The notes: a model not told the origin generated them from the letters alone. A stretch of 11,807 bases of DNA from Promethearchaeota archaeon (GCA_048938855.1 JBHLLT010000050.1:1-11807); one strand, 5' to 3'. Shown: positions 1-8,650, counted from the first letter of the stretch. Made by a program: numbers and translations.

Positions 1-20
1 ATGATATTGATTTTTAAATT

Positions 21-26
21 GGAGGT
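21..26 (+). promoter_or_regulatory. Shine-Dalgarno site of the AOR gene
   Basis: GGAGGT 6 nt upstream of the ATG at 33. Confidence 0.75.
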
Positions 27-32
27 TAGAAT

Positions 33-1910
33 ATGTCAGAAAAAATGTTCGGATATAATGGCAAGATTGCTTATATTAACATAAGCAATGAAATTGTAGA
101 AAACAAAGATTTAGACGTACAAAGCGCTCAATTTTATCTTGGTGGAACTGGTTTAAGTGCTAAAATTGTATATGATTTATTAAAAGACGAAGATTATAAT
201 GTTCTAAGGGATAATCCTTTCAACGAGATAAATCCCTTAGTTTTTGCAACAGGTCCGTTAACAGGAACTTTAAGACCTTCTTCAGGGCGCTACTCTGTAT
301 CTGGAATTTCACCATTAACTGGAATTTGGGGTGAAGGTACTTCTGGAGGTTTTTTTTGTACGTCTTTACATAGAAGCGGATTTGATTCTATAGTTATTAC
401 CGGTAAAGCAAATAAACCCATTTATCTATATATACACGATGAAACTGTTGAGTTCAAGGATGCCAATAATGTATGGGGTAAAAATACTTATGAGACTCAA
501 GAATTAATCAAACAAGAATTAAACAACGATAAAGTAAAAATTGCATGTATAGGAGCTGCTGGTGAAAATTTGGTAAAATATGCAGCAATTATAAATGATG
601 AAGGTAGAGCACAAGGGAGATGTGGATTAGGAGCTATAATGGGTTCTAAGAATTTAAAAGCATTAGCTATTCATGGAACAAAAAGAATTGAAGTTTATGA
701 TATTGAGAAAATGAAAGCCGTTAGAAAATTAGAAGAAGATTTAGTTAAAGGCAATTTAATAAAAATGGCAGGACAAGCTTTATATAATTTATTCGGTTCT
801 AATGGGTATCTTGATCTCGGAATGGCGCAAGGCGATACTCCAGCTTATTATTTTACTGAAACAGAATTTCCAGCGGATAAATTAGTAGGAAAAACCATAA
901 AAGAAACCTTTCCTCAGTTTGATTATGGCTGTGCTGGTTGTACATTAAGATGTGGAAAAGTTACTGTGATTGAAGTTGGAAACAAAGAGATAGAAGTAGA
1001 TGGACCTGAATATGAATCTGTAGCTTGTTATGGTCCAATGCTGGGATTGTTCGATCCTAAACCAGTAATTTTAGCCCATCACATATGTAATGAATTAGGG
1101 ATTGATACAATTTCAAGTGGAGTCAGTATATCATTTTTACTTTACTTGGTGCAAAATAATTTAGCAGTCGCACAAATTAAAAATTATCTTAATGATATTA
1201 AAATTGAAGATATAAAATGGGGGAACGGTGATTTAATCTTAAAACTAATCAATAAAATCGCAAATAGGGAAGGAATTGGAGATCTGCTGGCTGAGGGTGT
1301 TAGGTTTATGGCTGAAAAGCTTGGTATCGATCCAGAATTAGCTGCTCATGTAAAAGGACTGGAAATACCTATGCACGATCCAAGAGCGTTTGCAGGACAA
1401 GCTTTGAATTATATGACTAGTTGTATCGGAGCCAGTCATGAAAAAGCAGATTGGTTCAATGTAGAGATAAAAATGGTTGAGGAAACTAAATTAAGAATAA
1501 AAACAGGAGATAGATTCGATATTACAAAAAGGGAGAGGGGCGTTGTAGCCTTACAGGATATTAGAGCAATTGACGATGCTGCGGTCAATTGTAATATTTT
1601 GGGACCTTCATTTGATCATGTAGTCGATTTTATTAATGCTGCAACGGGTTTCAATTATAATAGCAAAGGTTTAATCAGAGTCGGTGAACGAATCAATAAT
1701 ATCAAAAGAATAATTAATTGTAATTTAGGAATAACTCGTGATGATGACAAATTGCCAGCAATTGTGTTAAAACCATTAAAGACAGGAGGGTCAAGAGGAG
1801 TAAAGTTAGATTTAGAGGATAATCTAAAGGTGTACTATAAAAATCGCGGTTGGGCTTGGGAAACAGGTAGACCTACAGATGAAAAATTAAAAGATTTAGG
1901 AATAATTTAA
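33..1910 (+). CDS. aor: Aldehyde:ferredoxin oxidoreductase family protein (tungstopterin, 4Fe-4S)
   Basis: 625 aa with AOR-family motifs SPLTG, GRxGLGAIMGSKNLKA, CxxCxxxC (CAGCTLRC), GPEYES, GIDTISSG, HVKGLEIPMHDPR, a distal Cys in DAAVNC, and C-terminal YYxxRGW...GRPT. Substrate subfamily cannot be assigned by eye. Confidence 0.95.
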   Translation: MSEKMFGYNGKIAYINISNEIVENKDLDVQSAQFYLGGTGLSAKIVYDLLKDEDYNVLRDNPFNEINPLVFATGPLTGTLRPSSGRYSVSGISPLTGIWGEGTSGGFFCTSLHRSGFDSIVITGKANKPIYLYIHDETVEFKDANNVWGKNTYETQELIKQELNNDKVKIACIGAAGENLVKYAAIINDEGRAQGRCGLGAIMGSKNLKALAIHGTKRIEVYDIEKMKAVRKLEEDLVKGNLIKMAGQALYNLFGSNGYLDLGMAQGDTPAYYFTETEFPADKLVGKTIKETFPQFDYGCAGCTLRCGKVTVIEVGNKEIEVDGPEYESVACYGPMLGLFDPKPVILAHHICNELGIDTISSGVSISFLLYLVQNNLAVAQIKNYLNDIKIEDIKWGNGDLILKLINKIANREGIGDLLAEGVRFMAEKLGIDPELAAHVKGLEIPMHDPRAFAGQALNYMTSCIGASHEKADWFNVEIKMVEETKLRIKTGDRFDITKRERGVVALQDIRAIDDAAVNCNILGPSFDHVVDFINAATGFNYNSKGLIRVGERINNIKRIINCNLGITRDDDKLPAIVLKPLKTGGSRGVKLDLEDNLKVYYKNRGWAWETGRPTDEKLKDLGII

Positions 1911-1941
1911 TTTTATTTTTAATTTATTTTTCAAATTTTTT
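1911..1941 (+). terminator. T-rich archaeal-type terminator after aor
   Basis: Successive T tracts (ttttattttt...ttttt...tttttt) directly after the stop codon. Confidence 0.5.
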
Positions 1942-2008
1942 CCTTTTAGCGTAAGGGTTCAAATAAAAATTGGTAAAAGAAAGTTTGCCCACCAGTAACC
2001 CTAAAAGG
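1942..2008. repeat. Intergenic stem-loop element, copy 1 (related to 11502-11569)
   Basis: ccttttag 1942-1949 pairs with ctaaaagg 2001-2008, agggtt 1954-1959 with aaccct 1997-2002, and tggt 1971-1974 with acca 1991-1994. Core motif aaagtttgccc at 1980-1990. Confidence 0.55.
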
Positions 2009-2087
2009 TGAAATCCTTAAAATTTAATTTTCTTTTAATTTAACTTGAAAAAAAATATTTCACTATTCCATATATCTTTTTTTTCTT

Positions 2088-3929
2088 TTATGTTTCTTCG
2101 TCAGATTTGATTAAATCTTTCTTATCCTCATCAATATTAACTTCGTGTTCGATTTCATATTTCTTCGCATCATCTACATCTTTTCTCATAAGGATTTCTC
2201 TTCGAGATGCTACGTATTTATTAGGTTTAAATTTTAGAACTGGTATTCCTGTATAAATCCAGCCAGGTTCAAGAACTTGGTCAGTTGTAGTAGTGGAAAT
2301 TGCACCAACTATTGTTTCTTTACCTATGATTGTTCCGGGTACAATAGTTGTATGGCCTCCGACCATTACATAATCATCAAATATTACTTTTTTAATGATT
2401 AAATATTTGCCAATCACCATAGAAGACATAATTGTTGCTCCCTGACCGATTAAGTTTTTCCTGCCAAATTTGATGAATTCACCATCGCACCAAGTATCGT
2501 TAAGATGACTGGACATATCCATGTTAATCCCAAATAATTTAAAAACAAGTACATCTAACCATGGAAATGGAGAATATCGCATAAACCATAAAACTATCTT
2601 TTTTAATTCAGTTCTTAACATCCAGAATTCAAAATCCTTATCACCAATCTCAGCTTTAAATACACCTTCTTTAGGTTTATGGATTAAATTAATGAGAATT
2701 AAGAACAACCAGCAAAAGAGCATACAGGAAAAAATAAAAAAATAAATTGAACCAAAAATGGTAAATGGAAGAAATAAAATAACAGTTAACCAATTTCCTC
2801 CAGAAAGATACCAATACCAAAATATTGAAATTATTAAACCTGATAGCCAAAAAATAGGGATATAAACAGCAAGAAATTTCAAATTTACTCTACTGATAGC
2901 AGAACTTGTAGCAAAATCAATTTCTAGATCTTTTTCTGTTAAACTTTCAACATCTATTGGAGTTTCGGGTAATTGATTAATCAATTCTGGAACAAATTGT
3001 TTTCTTTCTTCAAGTTCTTTAGCTTTTAACTTATTTAATAAATCTTTATGCATATATCCTTTAATATTTTCGTTTTTCTCTAAGTCTTTTACTGTTACAC
3101 CTAGATATTTAATCAATTTTTTTCTAAATATGCGTCTTAATGGCATACCCCAATAATAATTGATTTGATCAGGTTTCCCTATAATACTGTGCTTGGTCGC
3201 GCATGCTAAGGGAAGCATATATGAATTATCCCGAACTTCGCACCCTGGTCCAATTAAATTCGTTGTCGCACCAGTAACATTGTCACCTACTTTAACTTTA
3301 AAATACGAGATATTTCCGAATATCCCTTCCACTACATGAGTTGCGAAGGCAGAGTTTACTCCTAAATAACAATTTTCCCCAAATTCGAGAAATTTATCAT
3401 TTACAACAGATTCCTCTAAGACGGTTCCTTTCCCTATTTTGCTTGTCCCTACAAAATTAAAAAACCAATTACTCAACCAAGGAAAAACTCCTTTATTAAA
3501 TGCATTTTTTCCATATTTAATCATAAACCCTCGAATATGATAATAATTTGCTGCTCTGCTGCTAATATTTCGCGGAATTATTCCTTCTTTTGATGGGGAT
3601 ACTTTTTCAGATATTTTCCAAAAGATTTTAGTAGATATTCCTATGAGAAGCAAATGTAGTAAATAGCAACCAATTAGAACAAAGGGCATTAAAAGAAATG
3701 TAATTAAGGGCTCCAATTGAAAAAAAATAAGGAAAAAATTCGTTGTTTCTAAAAAAATTGGAATAAAAAATTGAAGAAAATACCAAAAAAAGAAAACACC
3801 AGGAACTACCCATGAACTATAGAAAATTATGAAAAAAATAAAAATGTAAATATGATATTGGAGTTTTATCTCTTCCTTTATTATCCCGTCAGGATTTCTT
3901 GACTTTTTTTTTTCTGGTTTTTCAGTCAT
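2088..3929 (-). CDS. Membrane protein with two [2TM + hexapeptide-repeat LbH acyltransferase-like] modules
   Basis: 613 aa. Hydrophobic helix pairs near residues 25-100 and 350-415, each followed by a (P/S)KEG motif, hexapeptide repeats (IGKGTV, FGENCYLG, VGDNVT; FGRKNLIG, IGKETIVG) and a terminal YxGxP. Module 1 has THVVEG (His198). Confidence 0.85.
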   Translation of the reverse strand: MTEKPEKKKSRNPDGIIKEEIKLQYHIYIFIFFIIFYSSWVVPGVFFFWYFLQFFIPIFLETTNFFLIFFQLEPLITFLLMPFVLIGCYLLHLLLIGISTKIFWKISEKVSPSKEGIIPRNISSRAANYYHIRGFMIKYGKNAFNKGVFPWLSNWFFNFVGTSKIGKGTVLEESVVNDKFLEFGENCYLGVNSAFATHVVEGIFGNISYFKVKVGDNVTGATTNLIGPGCEVRDNSYMLPLACATKHSIIGKPDQINYYWGMPLRRIFRKKLIKYLGVTVKDLEKNENIKGYMHKDLLNKLKAKELEERKQFVPELINQLPETPIDVESLTEKDLEIDFATSSAISRVNLKFLAVYIPIFWLSGLIISIFWYWYLSGGNWLTVILFLPFTIFGSIYFFIFSCMLFCWLFLILINLIHKPKEGVFKAEIGDKDFEFWMLRTELKKIVLWFMRYSPFPWLDVLVFKLFGINMDMSSHLNDTWCDGEFIKFGRKNLIGQGATIMSSMVIGKYLIIKKVIFDDYVMVGGHTTIVPGTIIGKETIVGAISTTTTDQVLEPGWIYTGIPVLKFKPNKYVASRREILMRKDVDDAKKYEIEHEVNIDEDKKDLIKSDEET

Positions 3930-3979
3930 TATTTAAGTAACACTAAAAATTATCTTTATTCTCCTATTATTTTTTCTTA

Positions 3980-4930
3980 TTAGATGTTAAATCCATCATC
4001 TATATCATCCCATTCTTCTGTAGCAAGATCGAATCTTTTCTTCTCTTTCTCTTTCTTTTCTTTTTTCATCTCACGGCGATCTTTACGTGTTAATTCATCA
4101 TATCGCCGAGTATACATTTGCTCATATTTTTCTCTCAAGGCTTCAACATCTTCAACATGCCCGATTTTATCTTCTAACCCATCTTCAAAAAAATAGTTTC
4201 TTTTAAACTTTTTAGCTGGAATTCCAGCATAAATATAACCTTTTTCTAAGTCTTGTCCTACAGTTGTTACTGAATTTGCTGCTAGGATACAATTATATCC
4301 AATATGAGTTCCAGGCATAACTATTGCATGTGACCCTATTCGTACATTATCCTCAATAATCGTTTTTCTGATTATTAATAGATTCCCTATTATCACTGCA
4401 GATTGTACAATCGCTCCCTGTCCTACTACGACATCTTTCCCGAATTCTATAAATTCAGTATCGACCCAGCCTTCAAATAAAGAATTGCTAATTTTTGTTT
4501 TTACTCCAAATGTCTTAAAGCATATATTATCCATAATCCCTGGGAATGGAAATCTATGAGCAAGCCAAATTGGCCAACGTTTAATAGTATTTCTTAGACT
4601 CCAATATTGATAATCACGATCTTCTGGAACTCTTAAAAATACTCCTTCTCGGGGTTTATGTATTGCATTAACAATAAGTAGAAGGAGTTTAGCAAAAAAA
4701 ATTCCAGAAAATATAATTGTTATATACATTAAAACACATAAAAGTGGAAGGAATGTATAAAAATGAACTGGTCTATCATATCTCCACAAAAAATGCCAAT
4801 ACGTCCATAACTCTAAGAGTAAAGGTATGATGCTTGCCCATATCAGGAAAAAGTAAAATAGTAAATAACTTTTCTTTACTAATACAGTTGGTGTAAATGG
4901 ACCAACCCTCATAGTATTAGGAACGCTCAA
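3980..4930 (-). CDS. Membrane protein with a single [2TM + LbH acyltransferase-like] module
   Basis: 316 aa with a TTG start and GAGGT about 10 nt upstream. Two TM helices, HKPREGVF, hexapeptide repeats (FGKDVVVG, IEDNVRIG, IGYNCILA), YAGIPA and a charged C-terminal tail. Clearly homologous to module 2 of its neighbours. Confidence 0.85.
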   Translation of the reverse strand: MSVPNTMRVGPFTPTVLVKKSYLLFYFFLIWASIIPLLLELWTYWHFLWRYDRPVHFYTFLPLLCVLMYITIIFSGIFFAKLLLLIVNAIHKPREGVFLRVPEDRDYQYWSLRNTIKRWPIWLAHRFPFPGIMDNICFKTFGVKTKISNSLFEGWVDTEFIEFGKDVVVGQGAIVQSAVIIGNLLIIRKTIIEDNVRIGSHAIVMPGTHIGYNCILAANSVTTVGQDLEKGYIYAGIPAKKFKRNYFFEDGLEDKIGHVEDVEALREKYEQMYTRRYDELTRKDRREMKKEKKEKEKKRFDLATEEWDDIDDGFNI

Positions 4931-5082
4931 TTTTCTTCTACCTCTTCATTTATTTTAATAAAACATGAATTATAATATATTATGGCAAACATAAGGATGT
5001 ATAAATGAAACTGGAGACTGACTTCTTCTTTAATAACTTCATTATTGTCAGGAGGATCATCTTCTTCAGAATCTTTAATCAT
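4927..5082 (-). pseudogene. 51-aa internally deleted remnant (or microprotein) of a further two-module LbH membrane paralog
   Basis: Manual translation: MIKDSEEDDPPDNNEVIKEEVSLQFHLYILMFAIIYYNSCFIKINEEVEEN*. VIKEEVSLQFHLYILMFAIIYYNS matches IIKEEIKLQYHIYIFIFFIIFYSS of the 613-aa protein, and the tail FIKINEE resembles its C-terminus LIKSDEE. The TGA overlaps the next TTG (TTGA). Confidence 0.75.
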
Positions 5083-5219
5083 TTCTACCCAACATTCCAA
5101 GCTCTAAATTAATTATTATAAATCTTATTCTATTAAAAAGCAATTGAAACTTATTTACTTTAGTAGATATTTTTTTTTCCTTTTAAATATATTATTTGCA
5201 CGAAAAATAATAAAATCTC
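5083..5219. promoter_or_regulatory. Divergent AT-rich promoter region
   Basis: Lies between divergent starts (5082 minus, 5220 plus). TATA-like boxes at about 5113-5122 (ttattataaa) and 5181-5190 (ttttaaatat); exact elements cannot be assigned. Confidence 0.4.
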
Positions 5220-5615
5220 ATGAAAAATCTATGTGAAAATTGCGGAGAGTGTTGTATAGGAACAGAAATGATATTATCTCCTCACGACATTGATTTAATA
5301 ATAAAATATTATCCGAATAAGATAACCAAAAAACAGTTTGTATTAAAAAATGAAGATGGTAATTATCAAATCAAAAATGTTGAAAATCACTGCGTATTTT
5401 TAGACTTATCAACAAAAAAATGCAAAATATATAAAAATCGTCCTCAAGGATGTAGATATTATCCTCTTATATACGATTTCCAAAAAGGTAAGTGTACCTT
5501 TGATAAAGATTGCCCTAGAACTCATTTATTTTATCAAAATAGGAGGATTTTAAATGAAACGTGTAAAAATTTAAAGGATTTTATTAAGGACCAATTAAAA
5601 TTTGTTTTAGATTAA
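5220..5615 (+). CDS. YkgJ family (CxxCxxCC) cysteine-cluster protein, putative Zn/Fe-S binding
   Basis: CENCGECC, CVFLD, CKIYKNRPQGCRYYP and a later CxxxxxCP. The stop overlaps the stop of the convergent gene (5612-5615). Confidence 0.9.
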   Translation: MKNLCENCGECCIGTEMILSPHDIDLIIKYYPNKITKKQFVLKNEDGNYQIKNVENHCVFLDLSTKKCKIYKNRPQGCRYYPLIYDFQKGKCTFDKDCPRTHLFYQNRRILNETCKNLKDFIKDQLKFVLD

Positions 5616-7378
5616 ACAAGATCTTTTTTATCTTCTTCAACATTAATATCTTGATCAATTTCAAACTTCTTTTCTTTAATAACGTCTCTCTTTATTATTT
5701 TATCGCGACGTTGCTCTGCATATTTATTTTTCTTCAATTTGACCACAGGCATTCCAAAATACACCCATCCTGGTTCTAAAACTTGATCATATACACTATA
5801 TGATAGGGCTCCAACTAAAGTGTCTTTTCCTATAATTGTACCTGGTACAATCGTGGATTCCCCTCCAACAAGAACGTAATCTCCAAATATAACTTTTTTA
5901 ATAATAAGATATTTACCAATAACCATCGAAGACATAATTGTTGCTCCCTGACCAATTAATACTCTCCTTCCGAAATGAATGAACTCAGTATCACACCAGG
6001 AATCATATAAAGCACAAGAAAGACTCATGTTTATGCCAAACCATTTAAAAACTAATATATCCATCCACGGTAGGGGCCAATTTCTTACAAGCCATAATAC
6101 AATTTTCTTTAATTCTGTTCTTAAGCACCAGAATTCGAAATCATGGTTACCTTTTTCTGCTTTAAAAACTCCTTCTTTTGGTTTATGAATTAAATTTATT
6201 AAAGTTAGAAATAATTTACTAAGGAATAGACATCCTACAATAAAGATAAACCACAAAATAAATATCATAACTGGGAGAAAGAAGACAAACAATATTCCAT
6301 TTATAGCATAAAAAGAATAGACATAAAATATTATGGCATCCAACATTCCTGAAAGCCAAAAAATTGGGATATAGATAATTAAAAATTTTATATTGATTCG
6401 GCTTATTGCGCTACTTGTGACAAAATCAATAGCTAAATCTTTATCTTTTTTTTCATCTAGGACTTCTTTAACTGTTTGGGTTGGTTCAAGATTTTCTGCT
6501 ATTGGGTTTAAAGTTTCTGGATCTATTTTCAGATAGTTTTTCACATTTCTTTTGGATACTTTGCTTAAGGGTCTGGCACCACTTGAAAAATAATAATTCT
6601 TTCCTTGTAGTAAACTATGTTTTGGAGTGGAAGCCATAGGGAGTAAAATTGCATTATCTTTTATCTCAGTACCAGGAGCTATTAAGTTTACTGCTGAGGC
6701 AGTAACATTGTCTCCCAGTTTAACCTTAAAATAGGTAATATTTCCAAAAATTCCATCAATCATATGACTAGAAAATGCTGAATTAACTCCGAGATAGCAA
6801 TTTTTTCCAATCTCTAAATATTTATCATTAACTACAGATTCCTCTATGGTAGTACCTTTCCCTATTTTGCTAACCTTCATAAAATTATAAAGCCAAGGTG
6901 TCAACCATGGGAATAATCCTTTAGAAAACGCATTTTTTGGGTATTTTAATATAAAAGATCTTATGTGGTAATAGTTTAATGTCTTACTTGGGAAGTTTCT
7001 AGGGATAATCCCTGGTTGAGATGGAGATTTTTTTTCAGTTAAAGCCCAAAACAAGCGAGCAATAAAACCAATTAGAAATAATCGAAGTAAATAACACCCT
7101 ATAATAACTAAAGGCATAGTTATTAGTGCTATAAGAGGTTTTAAATCAATAAAAATTGAAAAGACGTTTGGTGATTCTAAAAATGAAGGTATAAAAAAGA
7201 AAAAAAAATAAGTCATGAAGAAAATAGCGGGAGTCAAATTTGAAATTAAATATATTGTAAATAGTACAAAAAGATACCAAAAGTATTGGAATTTAACGTC
7301 TTCTTTAATAATTTTTTTTTCGGAACCTTTTTTACGGACGATTGTTTCAGATTTTTCCATATCAATCCTCGGAATCAT
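5612..7378 (-). CDS. Second two-module [2TM + LbH] membrane protein, paralog of 2088-3929
   Basis: Collinear with the 613-aa protein: GIIPRN, YYHIR, EESVVNDK, SHMIDGIFGNI, TSSAISR, HKPKEGVFKAE, and an identical IGQGATIMSSMVIGKYLIIKKVIF. The true start may be the ATG at 7360 (MEKSET), which has GAGGA just upstream. Confidence 0.85.
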   Translation of the reverse strand: MIPRIDMEKSETIVRKKGSEKKIIKEDVKFQYFWYLFVLFTIYLISNLTPAIFFMTYFFFFFIPSFLESPNVFSIFIDLKPLIALITMPLVIIGCYLLRLFLIGFIARLFWALTEKKSPSQPGIIPRNFPSKTLNYYHIRSFILKYPKNAFSKGLFPWLTPWLYNFMKVSKIGKGTTIEESVVNDKYLEIGKNCYLGVNSAFSSHMIDGIFGNITYFKVKLGDNVTASAVNLIAPGTEIKDNAILLPMASTPKHSLLQGKNYYFSSGARPLSKVSKRNVKNYLKIDPETLNPIAENLEPTQTVKEVLDEKKDKDLAIDFVTSSAISRINIKFLIIYIPIFWLSGMLDAIIFYVYSFYAINGILFVFFLPVMIFILWFIFIVGCLFLSKLFLTLINLIHKPKEGVFKAEKGNHDFEFWCLRTELKKIVLWLVRNWPLPWMDILVFKWFGINMSLSCALYDSWCDTEFIHFGRRVLIGQGATIMSSMVIGKYLIIKKVIFGDYVLVGGESTIVPGTIIGKDTLVGALSYSVYDQVLEPGWVYFGMPVVKLKKNKYAEQRRDKIIKRDVIKEKKFEIDQDINVEEDKKDLV

Positions 7379-7430
7379 TTATAATTTTTAAGTTTTGATT
7401 AACTAGAGAATATAAATCGTGAAAAATGCC

Positions 7431-8438
7431 CTAAATGGTTATAATTGTTTTTATATGGTCTCTACTTAAATTGTAGGATTCAAATGCTTTATTTATATCA
7501 TCTAAAGAGAATCTCTTTGATATCAAGCCATCAACCTTAATTTCACCGGATTCCAACCCTTCAATTGCTTTATTAAATGGTCCACACCTACTACTGTATA
7601 GTGTGAGCTCACGAACTACAATATCAGTAAGATCTATTGGAGTTTCAATTCCATGTGTGCTTTTTACATGAATTTTTCCTCTGGTTCTACAAGATTCTGT
7701 AACATCTTTTAAAGCTTTAGGATTTCCAGTCGTATCTACAACAATATCTGCACCTAATCCTTTAGTGAGATTCTTAATTTCTTTTGGAATATTTTTACAC
7801 TCTAATCTATTTATAAGATATTGGGCTCCATATTTCTTAGCTAAATCAAGTTTAATATTTGAACCATCTATCACAATTAACTCTAATCCTTTAGACAGAG
7901 CTACCTGAGTAACTAGTAATCCTAACTTTCCTTGGCCAAATATAGCTAATATATGATCCTTCTTGCCAATTGGCATCATTTCAAAAATCTGATAAGCCGC
8001 AGCAAGGGGTTCAATGAATGTAGCTTCATCATATGTTATTATATCAGGTATTTCATGTAAGAGATATGACTCTAAGGCAATATATTCCGCAAGGGCACCA
8101 TCAATATCAATACCAATTGCTTTTCGAGATACACATTGAGTATATAATCCTTGTTTGCAGTAATAACAATTAAAATCAACATTACTATTTATTTCAGATG
8201 TTACTCGTTTGTTAAGCCATGAATTTTTAACATCTTTACCTAATTTCACTACTTCCCCCACAAGTTCATGGCCAAGAATTATAGGGGTCGGAGTTTCTAA
8301 ATTTCCTCGTATAATTGCTAAGTCTGTTCCACATAAACCTACAGCTTTTACACGAACTAGAACTTGAGAATTACTTATAATCGGTTCAGCAATCATTTTA
8401 ATTTTAATTTCCTTATTATCAAATACTGCTGCTTTCAT
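7431..8438 (-). CDS. Zinc-dependent medium-chain alcohol dehydrogenase (MDR family)
   Basis: Catalytic Zn ligands GLCGTD and GHELVG, structural Zn lobe D-x2-C-x2-C-x7-C, EPLAAA, Rossmann motif GQGKLG and SRCGPF. Confidence 0.93.
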   Translation of the reverse strand: MKAAVFDNKEIKIKMIAEPIISNSQVLVRVKAVGLCGTDLAIIRGNLETPTPIILGHELVGEVVKLGKDVKNSWLNKRVTSEINSNVDFNCYYCKQGLYTQCVSRKAIGIDIDGALAEYIALESYLLHEIPDIITYDEATFIEPLAAAYQIFEMMPIGKKDHILAIFGQGKLGLLVTQVALSKGLELIVIDGSNIKLDLAKKYGAQYLINRLECKNIPKEIKNLTKGLGADIVVDTTGNPKALKDVTESCRTRGKIHVKSTHGIETPIDLTDIVVRELTLYSSRCGPFNKAIEGLESGEIKVDGLISKRFSLDDINKAFESYNLSRDHIKTIITI

Positions 8439-8650
8439 CGTTTATAATTAAAATTAAACACTTCATATGCAATTTAGAAAAAATAATTAATATTACATAA
8501 ATATAGATTATAATTAACCTTTCTACCTATAATTTTTATATAATCTAAGCAAAAAATTTTATTTATTACGAAAAAAATATCTATCAATGTGGCTTTAAAA
8601 GCTGCTCATTAATTATTTCAAATTGAATTACAAAATAAAAATTTAAAATT
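8439..8650. promoter_or_regulatory. Divergent AT-rich promoter region (dehydrogenase / membrane protein)
   Basis: 212-nt very AT-rich spacer between divergent starts, with a TATA-like ttttatataa at about 8534-8543. Confidence 0.4.

Noticed and set aside
1980-1992. GGGCAAAC on the minus strand, resembling a c-di-GMP-I riboswitch
   Set aside because: The GNRA-capped stem and the downstream GACGCAAAG are absent, and the site is 3' of genes.
2521-2745. 74-aa plus-strand ORF, similar to the ORF at 5979-6188
   Set aside because: Both are antisense shadows of the same conserved segment of the two paralogous minus-strand genes, so their similarity is inherited from those genes.
3628-3813. 61-aa minus-strand alternative-frame ORF
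   Set aside because: Nested out of frame in the T-rich TM-coding part of the 613-aa gene; its composition is explained by the host frame.
3984-4196. 70-aa Ser/Phe-rich plus-strand ORF
   Set aside because: Antisense of the Glu/Lys-rich tail of the 316-aa protein.
5979-6188. 69-aa plus-strand ORF
   Set aside because: Antisense shadow of the 588-aa gene; no independent motifs.
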